Below, piece by piece: positions 19,971 through 26,630 of a DNA stretch of 34,742 nucleotides. The notes beneath the pieces were generated by a model, which saw only the letters and a program-made list of their open reading frames with translations, was not told the origin of the DNA and did no database searches. A program made the translations under genes and the position numbers. The first letter of the stretch is position 1, and the number at the start of each line of letters is the position of its first letter. The DNA is taken from positions 1 to 34,742 of the IMG/VR virus record IMGVR_UViG_3300045135_000695. One strand, given 5' to 3'. The stretch comes from a virus. Its lineage: Duplodnaviria > Caudoviricetes.

Positions 19971-20346
19971 ACGCTACCAGCTCAATCTTAGTAGGCTTAC
20001 CTGTAGCCATAGACCCATCACTAGATATGTTATCAATCTGGGATGTTTCAGTGTAGCCATGCTTGCCTAGCATCATTCTACCTACCTGAGCATTAAACTC
20101 ACCTGATAGAGTGCCATTGATAAGCTCACGCTCTTGCTTTGTAGATATTCTCTTTACGATGTCAGAAAATTGACACTTTTCAGGCTGGCGACACCAATCG
20201 TAAACAGTCTCTCTAGCCACTCCTAGCTCATCAGCAAGACCAGCAACAGAAGGAACCATGTCTCCATAGCTCTTGAAGTTCTTAATGTAGTCTTGAGTCT
20301 TTTCCAGTACAGCATCATTGTACTTTGTCGGTCTACCAGCGCCCAT
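19939..20346 (-). CDS. terS: Terminase small subunit (P22 gp3-like)
   Basis: GRPTKY N-terminus, PSVAGLA..LGV.RETVYDW HTH; directly upstream of terL. Confidence 0.9.
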   Translation of the reverse strand: MGAGRPTKYNDAVLEKTQDYIKNFKSYGDMVPSVAGLADELGVARETVYDWCRQPEKCQFSDIVKRISTKQERELINGTLSGEFNAQVGRMMLGKHGYTETSQIDNISSDGSMATGKPTKIELVAYEAPSVGSTD

Positions 20347-20396
20347 ATCAATCTCCGCTCTGGGGTGGATTGTTAATCATGTGTTATATTGTAACA

Positions 20397-20627
20397 TTAA
20401 TACTTGCCGTCTAGAAAGTCTCTGATCTGCTGTAAGGTCTGACCGCTCAGCCGAGCAAACTCCATTGCCATCTCATACCTACTGTACATCCGTCCTTTGT
20501 ATTCATACATACCGCGAGCAAGGTACACCTCATCAGGGCCAAAGCATCCAATAAACTTAGGATTGCAATACTCTCTAGCCTTATCGCAGTTATCTAGTAT
20601 CTGCTTCATTCTCTCGTTACGCATCAC
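20397..20627 (-). CDS. Hypothetical protein
   Basis: Coupled ORF upstream of terS. Confidence 0.55.
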   Translation of the reverse strand: MMRNERMKQILDNCDKAREYCNPKFIGCFGPDEVYLARGMYEYKGRMYSRYEMAMEFARLSGQTLQQIRDFLDGKY

Positions 20628-21028
20628 AATAACCCCTTCTTAGCTAAAGCTGCGGCAATATCAAGCAGCTTTCTACTCTGATTCTCTAAACTGACAACTT
20701 TCTGCTCAAGATCAACGCAAGTTCTTTCTAACTTTTTCCGCTCTGTGTCGTGTAACGCTTTAATCTTGCTGTTTTCATTTGTGGCTATCTCATGATAACG
20801 CTGAGTAACTTCTAGCTTATCGGTTAGATCTCTAATATCATTAGAGTAGGCTTTGTTCTTAATATCAATTTTCCCTTCCAGTCTAGTAATCCGCTTACTT
20901 AACTCTTTGTTTTCCTCATGCAGTCCACTATAATCTTCACCAGCTTTTGCCAGCATGCCCTGCAATGACTTGCAGTATTCGATCAACTCTTTCTTTTTCT
21001 TGGATTGTAATTCTTTATTAGATAGCAT
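20624..21028 (-). CDS. Coiled-coil hypothetical protein
   Basis: Heptad-rich; AGGAGAG RBS before ATG 21028. Confidence 0.65.
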   Translation of the reverse strand: MLSNKELQSKKKKELIEYCKSLQGMLAKAGEDYSGLHEENKELSKRITRLEGKIDIKNKAYSNDIRDLTDKLEVTQRYHEIATNENSKIKALHDTERKKLERTCVDLEQKVVSLENQSRKLLDIAAALAKKGLL

Positions 21029-21038
21029 ATCTCTCTCC

Positions 21039-21133
21039 TGTGTATACACAACGTATATACATTTAACATTCTCTCACACCACTTTAATGTACCAAAAAGT
21101 GTAAATGTACCTCATTTGGTACACTTCAGTGGT
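21039..21133. promoter_or_regulatory. Palindrome cluster / long imperfect inverted repeat
   Basis: TGTGTATACACA (21039-21050); ACCACT..TGTACCAAA (21078-21096) pairs with TTTGGTACA..AGTGGT (21115-21133). Confidence 0.5.
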
Positions 21134-21148
21134 CTGTGCAATAATGAG

Positions 21149-21490
21149 TTACACATTAGGCGGTGGAGGTAATGGCATCCAGTGGGTTATATCCCCATAC
21201 ATATAGCTCTGCCAATTACCATCCTCAAAACAATCCACATCAACAAATCGCGCTACCTTATTAACACTCACCACTACAACTCCATCATCATCAGGCAACC
21301 GATCATCTACACTTATCCACATCATTTTGCTGGCATCGGGAATATGATCTGCGCGTGTGTTCCATTTACTTGTTACAGTACCTACATCAGACACTATGCA
21401 ATCATCGTTTGAGCAAGTAGCCCAACCAGCAACGCGCTTAGCCTCGCTACCACAAAACGGACACGGCTTTAACTCCTGTTCACTCATCAC
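21149..21490 (-). CDS. Lar-like Zn-finger fused to DUF551
   Basis: LKPCPFCG...C....C...WNTRA then WISVDDRLP...THWMPLP.PP. Confidence 0.8.
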   Translation of the reverse strand: MMSEQELKPCPFCGSEAKRVAGWATCSNDDCIVSDVGTVTSKWNTRADHIPDASKMMWISVDDRLPDDDGVVVVSVNKVARFVDVDCFEDGNWQSYMYGDITHWMPLPPPPNV

Positions 21491-21734
21491 TCACCTCCTT
21501 ATCTTGAAGGAATATCTTTAAAGTCTTACCGCCATCTTGCATAGATAGTGTTACAGAAACACCCTGCTTTACGATAACTCGCCCTTGTAATCCCCTACCT
21601 GAATGGTCTATCACCTCAAAGCGTTCAATATCTTCCGACAGTCTTATATCGTGATCCCTGCTCTTGCGTACACCTTCAAGAGAAAAAAGGTGAGTATCTT
21701 CGTCAGCCAGCCATTGTGGGTTATCAATCATCAC
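21480..21734 (-). CDS. Hypothetical protein
   Basis: RFEVIDH.GR....S.QD.G.TLKIF; coupled by GAGG.GATGA junctions. Confidence 0.65.
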   Translation of the reverse strand: MMIDNPQWLADEDTHLFSLEGVRKSRDHDIRLSEDIERFEVIDHSGRGLQGRVIVKQGVSVTLSMQDGGKTLKIFLQDKEVSDE

Positions 21735-22023
21735 TTACCTCCCATACAACCTTAGTTATCTTAGCAACGGGGCAGTCATCTTTATGGGGCACATCTCCGG
21801 ACTGATAGATATTCTTAATAGCACTACAGTGCTTGCAGCGCACAATCTCTAGTCTTTCAGACTCTGACGTGCCGATCAGATTAGTTCCTGTAGTTTGAAG
21901 CAAGTCTTTCAGTCTATTCAGTTCGTCTTTAGTAGACATGTAGTTATCCATAGCTTCCTGATACTTCATAGTTAAAGAATACAGTTCTTCACCGTAGGCT
22001 TGTTTTATATTAATTTCCATCAC
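21724..22023 (-). CDS. Hypothetical protein, possible Zn-binding (C..C...H...C)
   Basis: CKHC and HKDDC residues; coupled ORF. Confidence 0.6.
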   Translation of the reverse strand: MMEINIKQAYGEELYSLTMKYQEAMDNYMSTKDELNRLKDLLQTTGTNLIGTSESERLEIVRCKHCSAIKNIYQSGDVPHKDDCPVAKITKVVWEVSDD

Positions 22024-22517
22024 TCACACTCCCACGGATAACAATACCCATCAGCTATATGTAATTCAGCTTTAGCTTTCTTGTACGCCTGCTCTGCTTC
22101 ATCTGCTGTGTTGAACGTACCCAAATAAGTCTGCTTACCTTTACTTTGGATTTTAGCGATAAACTTAGAGCCGCTATGATAAACACCTAACCGTTTAGTC
22201 GTGCTATTTGATCTAGCTTTCTTTTGGTTCTCCATGTTCTGACCCTGAGTAACATCACGTAAGTTACAGATGCGGTTATCATCTGGCTTACCATTAATGT
22301 GATCAATTACACCATCAGGCCACTTGCCATAGAAGACATACCACGCAATACGATGCGCCTTTAGTATCTTCCCTTTAACACCGATGACACGATAGCCTAA
22401 CTCATTTACCTTGCCTGCTAATGAGCCTGCTGGCTGGCCTCCTGTTCCTTTGGTGCGGAAGAATAGACCAGTAATGGGATTGTAAGACAACCCATCCTTA
22501 ATTACTTGCTCAATCAT
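22020..22517 (-). CDS. HNH endonuclease with AP2-like domain
   Basis: AHRIAW...G.WP...IDHING...DNRI.NLR; YLGTF.T..EA..AY. Confidence 0.92.
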   Translation of the reverse strand: MIEQVIKDGLSYNPITGLFFRTKGTGGQPAGSLAGKVNELGYRVIGVKGKILKAHRIAWYVFYGKWPDGVIDHINGKPDDNRICNLRDVTQGQNMENQKKARSNSTTKRLGVYHSGSKFIAKIQSKGKQTYLGTFNTADEAEQAYKKAKAELHIADGYCYPWECE

Positions 22518-23064
22518 TCTCTAGCTCCCATGGGTAGCAGTAATCTTCATGCAAGCTAATGACTTCAAAGGCTATGATGTCCAGTCCGTGAGGTTCTTTC
22601 CTATGCTCCCAATAACAGTCACCAGCCCTTTTTACGTAGCTCTCATTAGCTCGCACATAATCTCGATAGTGAATACGAACCATAGTGTTAAAAGGCAACG
22701 GACATTCACCGCCCTTCCAAGCGTGTATATGATTCATACGTGGGCGACAGTATGTCCATGCGGTATTTATATCATCCCAATAAGGCTCATCTACCGAACA
22801 CTTATCAATGTGCGTTAATGGGCCGATTACTTTGTCATCTAACGTGTCGCCCATTACGCAGTCAATACCACTATCAATCAGCACTGATAGGTCTACTGGT
22901 TTCTTGTCTTGCTTGATGCGGTAAGTAACATTATGCCAATCCCATACAGGGTCATTATCACCTCTATAAAACTGCTCCCATTTGTCATCAAAATTACCTT
23001 TATATTCTATCTGCTTACCATCTTCATAAGCCTGCATGACGGCTATCATTTCGCGTGTGTTCAT
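22510..23064 (-). CDS. Hypothetical phage protein (multi-module)
   Basis: MQAYEDGKQIEY..W..P.WDW..YRIK and W.GGECP...DIIAF modules. Confidence 0.75.
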   Translation of the reverse strand: MNTREMIAVMQAYEDGKQIEYKGNFDDKWEQFYRGDNDPVWDWHNVTYRIKQDKKPVDLSVLIDSGIDCVMGDTLDDKVIGPLTHIDKCSVDEPYWDDINTAWTYCRPRMNHIHAWKGGECPLPFNTMVRIHYRDYVRANESYVKRAGDCYWEHRKEPHGLDIIAFEVISLHEDYCYPWELEND

Positions 23065-23188
23065 ATCATCATCCTTAGTATGTTAGTTATAATGTGCCAG
23101 CACTCCTTTCGTTTATCTGGCGTTATCTACCTGCGTTGCAACTAGAATGGCGTTGGGCCTATCTACAGGATTTACAAAGTGTGTAATG

Positions 23189-23217
23189 ATTATATTATAC
23201 TTAATGCATCAATTCAA
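23189..23217 (-). promoter_or_regulatory. sigma70-type promoter
   Basis: TTGAAT-17-TATAAT on the minus strand. Confidence 0.7.
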
Positions 23218-23452
23218 CATCATTTGCCAAGTTATCCATTAAATCCAGCTTTGCTAACTCTATAGCACCAAGCATAGTGGCTAGGTCTAAGATCACGCCA
23301 CCGCATCCCATATTGCCATCCTTGCTTAGTGTTACAATGACAAACTGATTCCTATCTAAGTCAGTGTCATCTAATGCCTCGTATTCATCTGCTAACATGC
23401 GCAGCTTCTGTGGTAGTGTGTTACCGTTATTTCCTAGTTTGGATATACTCAT
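23201..23452 (-). CDS. Hypothetical protein
   Basis: LR.LADE....LGAIELAK..L; ATGA-coupled to the upstream gene. Confidence 0.65.
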   Translation of the reverse strand: MSISKLGNNGNTLPQKLRMLADEYEALDDTDLDRNQFVIVTLSKDGNMGCGGVILDLATMLGAIELAKLDLMDNLANDVELMH

Positions 23453-23859
23453 GCAAATGCCCTCGATGGTTTAGATAGGCCCATTCTTGCCTCTAGATTC
23501 TTTTTGCGCTCACTGGCTTGCTTGTACTTGCGCCAGTCGGATAGGCTCATATCCTTGTTTTGCTTTGCTTCCTGTTCATACATGGCTGTATAGAAACGAT
23601 CTTTTACTAGCTGTTCCTTATCATGGCGGCTGATGTATGTGCTAGGCTTGTTGTATTCGTCTTTCTCTACTATACCGCGATCTTCTAGCTCTTTGATGAT
23701 GTGTGAGAACTGGCAACCGTGTCTACAGTGGTAAAGCACATCGTACTTTTTGCCTTTACTAAGTGTAAATCGGTCTGTTCCTCCACAGATAGGGCATGGC
23801 CCTGCAAATGTTCTACCTTGTCTCTTTAATCCTAGTTGTTCTGCTATACGTTCAATCAT
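23449..23859 (-). CDS. Primase zinc-ribbon domain protein lacking a catalytic domain
   Basis: GPCPICGGTDRF...CRHGC; only 136 aa, with no TOPRIM or AEP motifs. Confidence 0.8.
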   Translation of the reverse strand: MIERIAEQLGLKRQGRTFAGPCPICGGTDRFTLSKGKKYDVLYHCRHGCQFSHIIKELEDRGIVEKDEYNKPSTYISRHDKEQLVKDRFYTAMYEQEAKQNKDMSLSDWRKYKQASERKKNLEARMGLSKPSRAFA

Positions 23860-25337
23860 GCTGCTCTCCTTTTTGAGTTCTTAATATTCTGACTTGTTAT
23901 AAACTTTCTCACCTCATCACTGATACCACCAGAGACAGAGTGAGGCTTAACCTTGTTAGGCCAGACTGAGTATCTTTCCTTATATTTATGTGCTGCCCAA
24001 CCTTGACTATACCCTTTAATGGAAGCCCATGCCATAAGCTCTGAGTAGAATTGCGCTTTATCTTCCATGCTGGTTTTACGGTTGCGCTTCTCTGCTGCTG
24101 TTAGCTCTACCAGTATTTCATCAGTTGATTCTAGCTGCTGCTTAATGGGTATCTCATAACCACAGGCACAGCGTAGACCTACAAACTGACCGTGACACTG
24201 TGGGCATTCTTTTACGTTAGGTTCTTTATCCTTGTCCTTAGTCAATGACTTCTCATCATATCGCTTTTCACCGTCATCTAAACTGTCAGGGACGATATCT
24301 TCACTAAAGCCGTGCCTCAAAGTATTGCCAGCGTGATCGAGTATTACAGCGTACTCTTTGTCGGGATGCGATCTGAGAACACGCCCAATGCGCTGGATTA
24401 TCGTAATTTTTGACGCGGTGGGATAACAGTCCACAAGACAAGAAACTTTTGGTGCGTCATAGCCTGTGTTCAACAACTGGGAACAGGAGAGAATCATAAA
24501 TTCACCCTTATCATGCGCCTTGTACAGCATTTGGCGTTCCTCATCATCCATATAGCCGTCTATATGCTCTGCTGATATACCAGCTTCATTGAACTGTCGT
24601 ACTAGCTCTTTACTGTGGCGAATGCTTGGAGTGAAGGCGATAGTCTGCCTACCCTGACCATATTTTAGCCAGTTCTGGATAATGTCACCTGTTAGCTTAT
24701 CGTCTTTCTCAATGCTTTCTGACAGGCTCTTAGGGTCATAGTCTGTACCACCAGTGGGTAGAGCGCGTTTCTTTACACCCTTTAGATTAACCTTAGCGCC
24801 ACCGTAGTATTTAGCTGGTGCTAGATAGCCCTGATCTTGTAGCTGGCGAGTAGTGATAGGCACTAGCAGATCATCAAAATACTTACCTAAACCCTTGCTA
24901 TAAGGAGTAGCTGATAGACCAATGAATGGTACGTTGTTGTATGTCTCCATCATGGCGATATGGGCTTTGTATAGTACCTGACATTCGTCGATAATACATA
25001 GATCAAATATAGGCATATGTGGCTTACGAGCTAGTGTTTGAATGGATGCGATCTGCACTGGTGCGCTGTACTTGGTGCGTTCATGGCGGCCCTGAATCAC
25101 GCCTACCTCGATACCGAAGCGATCCATAGCCTCTAAAGATTGCTGTACTAGCTTGATACGGTCACAGACGAACAAGACTCGCTTGCCTTTCTCTACTGCG
25201 TTAATGGCTAGCTTAGCTGCTATTACTGTTTTGCCTGCTCCTGTGGGTGCTGCTAGAACAGGATGCTTATTGCCTGCTCGCAATGACTGTCGGAGCATAT
25301 CAATAGCGCGTGTTTGATGTGGGCGTAACTCAAGCAT
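23856..25337 (-). CDS. Superfamily 2 (DExD/H-like) DNA helicase with C-terminal Zn finger
   Basis: LRPHQ, PTGAGKT, IIDECQ, GLSATP, GYDAP, QRIGRVLR, CPQC..C.CG. Real start is probably ATG 25337 (GGGAGG RBS). Confidence 0.93.
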   Translation of the reverse strand: MLELRPHQTRAIDMLRQSLRAGNKHPVLAAPTGAGKTVIAAKLAINAVEKGKRVLFVCDRIKLVQQSLEAMDRFGIEVGVIQGRHERTKYSAPVQIASIQTLARKPHMPIFDLCIIDECQVLYKAHIAMMETYNNVPFIGLSATPYSKGLGKYFDDLLVPITTRQLQDQGYLAPAKYYGGAKVNLKGVKKRALPTGGTDYDPKSLSESIEKDDKLTGDIIQNWLKYGQGRQTIAFTPSIRHSKELVRQFNEAGISAEHIDGYMDDEERQMLYKAHDKGEFMILSCSQLLNTGYDAPKVSCLVDCYPTASKITIIQRIGRVLRSHPDKEYAVILDHAGNTLRHGFSEDIVPDSLDDGEKRYDEKSLTKDKDKEPNVKECPQCHGQFVGLRCACGYEIPIKQQLESTDEILVELTAAEKRNRKTSMEDKAQFYSELMAWASIKGYSQGWAAHKYKERYSVWPNKVKPHSVSGGISDEVRKFITSQNIKNSKRRAA

Positions 25338-25593
25338 TTTGATACACCTCCCTAAGTAGATTAAACACGCCACGCATACGCTTTTGATTGTATCGTGGGA
25401 TAAACAAACCAGTTGAAGGCCAGTAATCAATCTTACCTAGCTTACCTGTTACGATTAAGTGCGCCCCATCGTTCTTAGACTCAAACCATACACCCTTATC
25501 TTTCAGTATTGCGGTTGACTCCTTAGTGTTCTTTTTACGCTTCTTTTTCTTGTACTTGGTCATGGCTTTAAAAATTTCTGCTGAATCGCCCAT
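25330..25593 (-). CDS. Small basic phage protein
   Basis: KYKKKKRKK, N.G.HLIV, DYWPSTG, RGV.NL; AGGAG RBS. Confidence 0.75.
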   Translation of the reverse strand: MGDSAEIFKAMTKYKKKKRKKNTKESTAILKDKGVWFESKNDGAHLIVTGKLGKIDYWPSTGLFIPRYNQKRMRGVFNLLREVYQNA

Positions 25594-25623
25594 TAGACTA
25601 TCTCCTAATTTTAGATATAGTTA

Positions 25624-26082
25624 CCCTTTTTTCCCTCAAAGATAGGCCAATGAGTAATTGGTTATCTACCTTCGCTGCACTTTGGCAAAGCTGACTGAAA
25701 AGCCAAACTTGGTACTAAATACCCCGACCTGCACTGCACATCGGCTTCCCTCTGGGCGATAAGTAATGCCCAAACGTGATCAAACGTACTCTAAACCTTG
25801 CAACCTTTACTAGTTTGAGGTTCCTGTTGTCAGTGGTACGACAGCGCAGGATGACGGTCACTCGGTTCTCGTATTTCTACGGCTGTCTTTAACGCCTTTA
25901 GCTAGGCCATTACTTGAGTTCAGGTCAGCAAAGATTAACACCTGACCAGTGAGAAAATGTCGATAGAATGAGGAAATGTTGACGTTACTATGTAACATTG
26001 ATAAACTAACAACAGGTCGTTAGTCGAAGTTTTCCTACTACTTTCTATCGGCTGTTGCGGAACGCCAATTCCTCACCGACCT
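25624..26082 (-). ncRNA. Candidate long structured RNA (leader or pre-primer, 'RNA II-like')
   Basis: ORF-free and starts below a TTGCAA-17-TAGAAT promoter. Hairpins include GGTCAG/CTGACC, CCTG..TGTC/GACA..CAGG, TGGGC/GCCCA, TTTGGC/GCCAAA, CCAAT/ATTGG. Ends in GAGGGAAAAAAGGG. Confidence 0.55.
25979..26007 (+). promoter_or_regulatory. sigma70-type promoter for antisense RNA
   Basis: TTGACG-17-TAAACT with extended TG; spacer contains GTTAC-tat-GTAAC palindrome. Confidence 0.7.
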
Positions 26083-26131
26083 TTCTATTCTATAGGCCTG
26101 ATTCGCTAATTGCAAGTCAGGCCTTTCTTTT
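26014..26131 (+). ncRNA. Candidate ~118-nt antisense RNA ('RNA I-like')
   Basis: Own promoter; cloverleaf closed by AGGTCG/CGACCT with two inner hairpins; then an intrinsic terminator. Confidence 0.6.
26087..26115 (-). promoter_or_regulatory. sigma70-type promoter for long RNA / replication operon
   Basis: TTGCAA-17-TAGAAT on the minus strand. Confidence 0.7.
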
Positions 26132-26135
26132 ATTT
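26094..26135 (+). terminator. Intrinsic terminator overlapping the opposite promoter
   Basis: AGGCCTGA (26094-26101) / TCAGGCCT (26117-26124) followed by TTCTTTTATTT. Confidence 0.75.
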
Positions 26136-26318
26136 GCCAGCAGCTCCGCAATCGCAATCAGCACGTCTTGGCGGTGTTACTGGTAGCCAGACATTCAGTG
26201 AAGCACAATCCTTATCATGCTTTTTCTGCTCTGCCATGATCTTTTCCCAGTTCTTGTTAAAGTTGTCGTTTGACAACCTGCTGCGTAACGCATCGCCTGT
26301 AATATCGTTGCTGCTCAT
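26130..26318 (-). CDS. Small hypothetical protein (NDITGD motif, C-terminal Cys/His cluster)
   Basis: MSSNDITGDALRSR; ATG 26318 overlaps the upstream stop (ATGA) and has a GGAG RBS. Confidence 0.65.
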   Translation of the reverse strand: MSSNDITGDALRSRLSNDNFNKNWEKIMAEQKKHDKDCASLNVWLPVTPPRRADCDCGAAGK

Positions 26319-26401
26319 TTTGCTAACTCCACTACTAACCCCAGAAACAAGCCGATAAATACGACCCAAATCCAAATTCCAAACCAATCTACCTTATCCA
26401 T
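26315..26401 (-). CDS. 28-aa single-pass membrane peptide (not in ORF track)
   Basis: AGGAGAG RBS; MDKVDWFGIWIWVVFIGLFLGLVVELAK. Confidence 0.65.
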   Translation of the reverse strand: MDKVDWFGIWIWVVFIGLFLGLVVELAK

Positions 26402-26522
26402 ATATCTCTCCTACTGGGATTAACACCCCATCTTTAACAGCGATATAAAACTGATCGCCTCCAAGTTCATTGCACCAGACACTGGCTGGAGCCGTTCTAT
26501 CTGTTTCTACGTTGTAGTACAT
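26394..26522 (-). CDS. 42-aa hypothetical peptide (not in ORF track)
   Basis: TAATG coupling; MYYNVETDRTAPASVWCNELGGDQFYIAVKDGVLIPVGEIYG. Confidence 0.55.
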   Translation of the reverse strand: MYYNVETDRTAPASVWCNELGGDQFYIAVKDGVLIPVGEIYG

Positions 26523-26611
26523 TACATCTGCCCCGTTGCTGTCCATAGAATTACAAACCAGAATAGGAATAGGCCTACTGTGGCAATGGCAAAATCTTTT
26601 ACTTTATTCAT
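26522..26611 (-). CDS. 29-aa single-pass membrane peptide (not in ORF track)
   Basis: AGGAG RBS; MNKVKDFAIATVGLFLFWFVILWTATGQM. Confidence 0.65.
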   Translation of the reverse strand: MNKVKDFAIATVGLFLFWFVILWTATGQM

Positions 26612-26630
26612 ATCAGTCTCCTGAGCCGCA

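Noticed and set aside
21480-21745. Repeated EVSD(D/E) C-termini as a mobile repeat
   Set aside because: Explained by the GAGGT.AGTGATGA RBS plus overlapping start/stop used for translational coupling.
25338-25430. 31-aa N-terminal extension of the helicase in the ORF track
   Set aside because: It overlaps the upstream gene; ATG 25337 has a GGGAGG RBS and gives the typical LRPHQ start.
25594-26082. Group I intron, retron msr-msd, tmRNA or RNase P RNA as the identity of the structured region
   Set aside because: It interrupts no gene; the GAGATAGTCT similarity to an intron S element has no properly placed P/Q/R partners; no reverse transcriptase is encoded; tmRNA and RNase P hallmark ends are absent.
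26014-26082. tRNA gene
   Set aside because: Only two inner arms, with no TTC T-loop, anticodon arm or CCA end.
26110-26387. ORF 26110-26358 (+) and the long start of 26130-26387 (-)
   Set aside because: The plus ORF starts inside a terminator and is antisense to coupled genes; the minus extension overlaps a better-supported RBS-led peptide gene.
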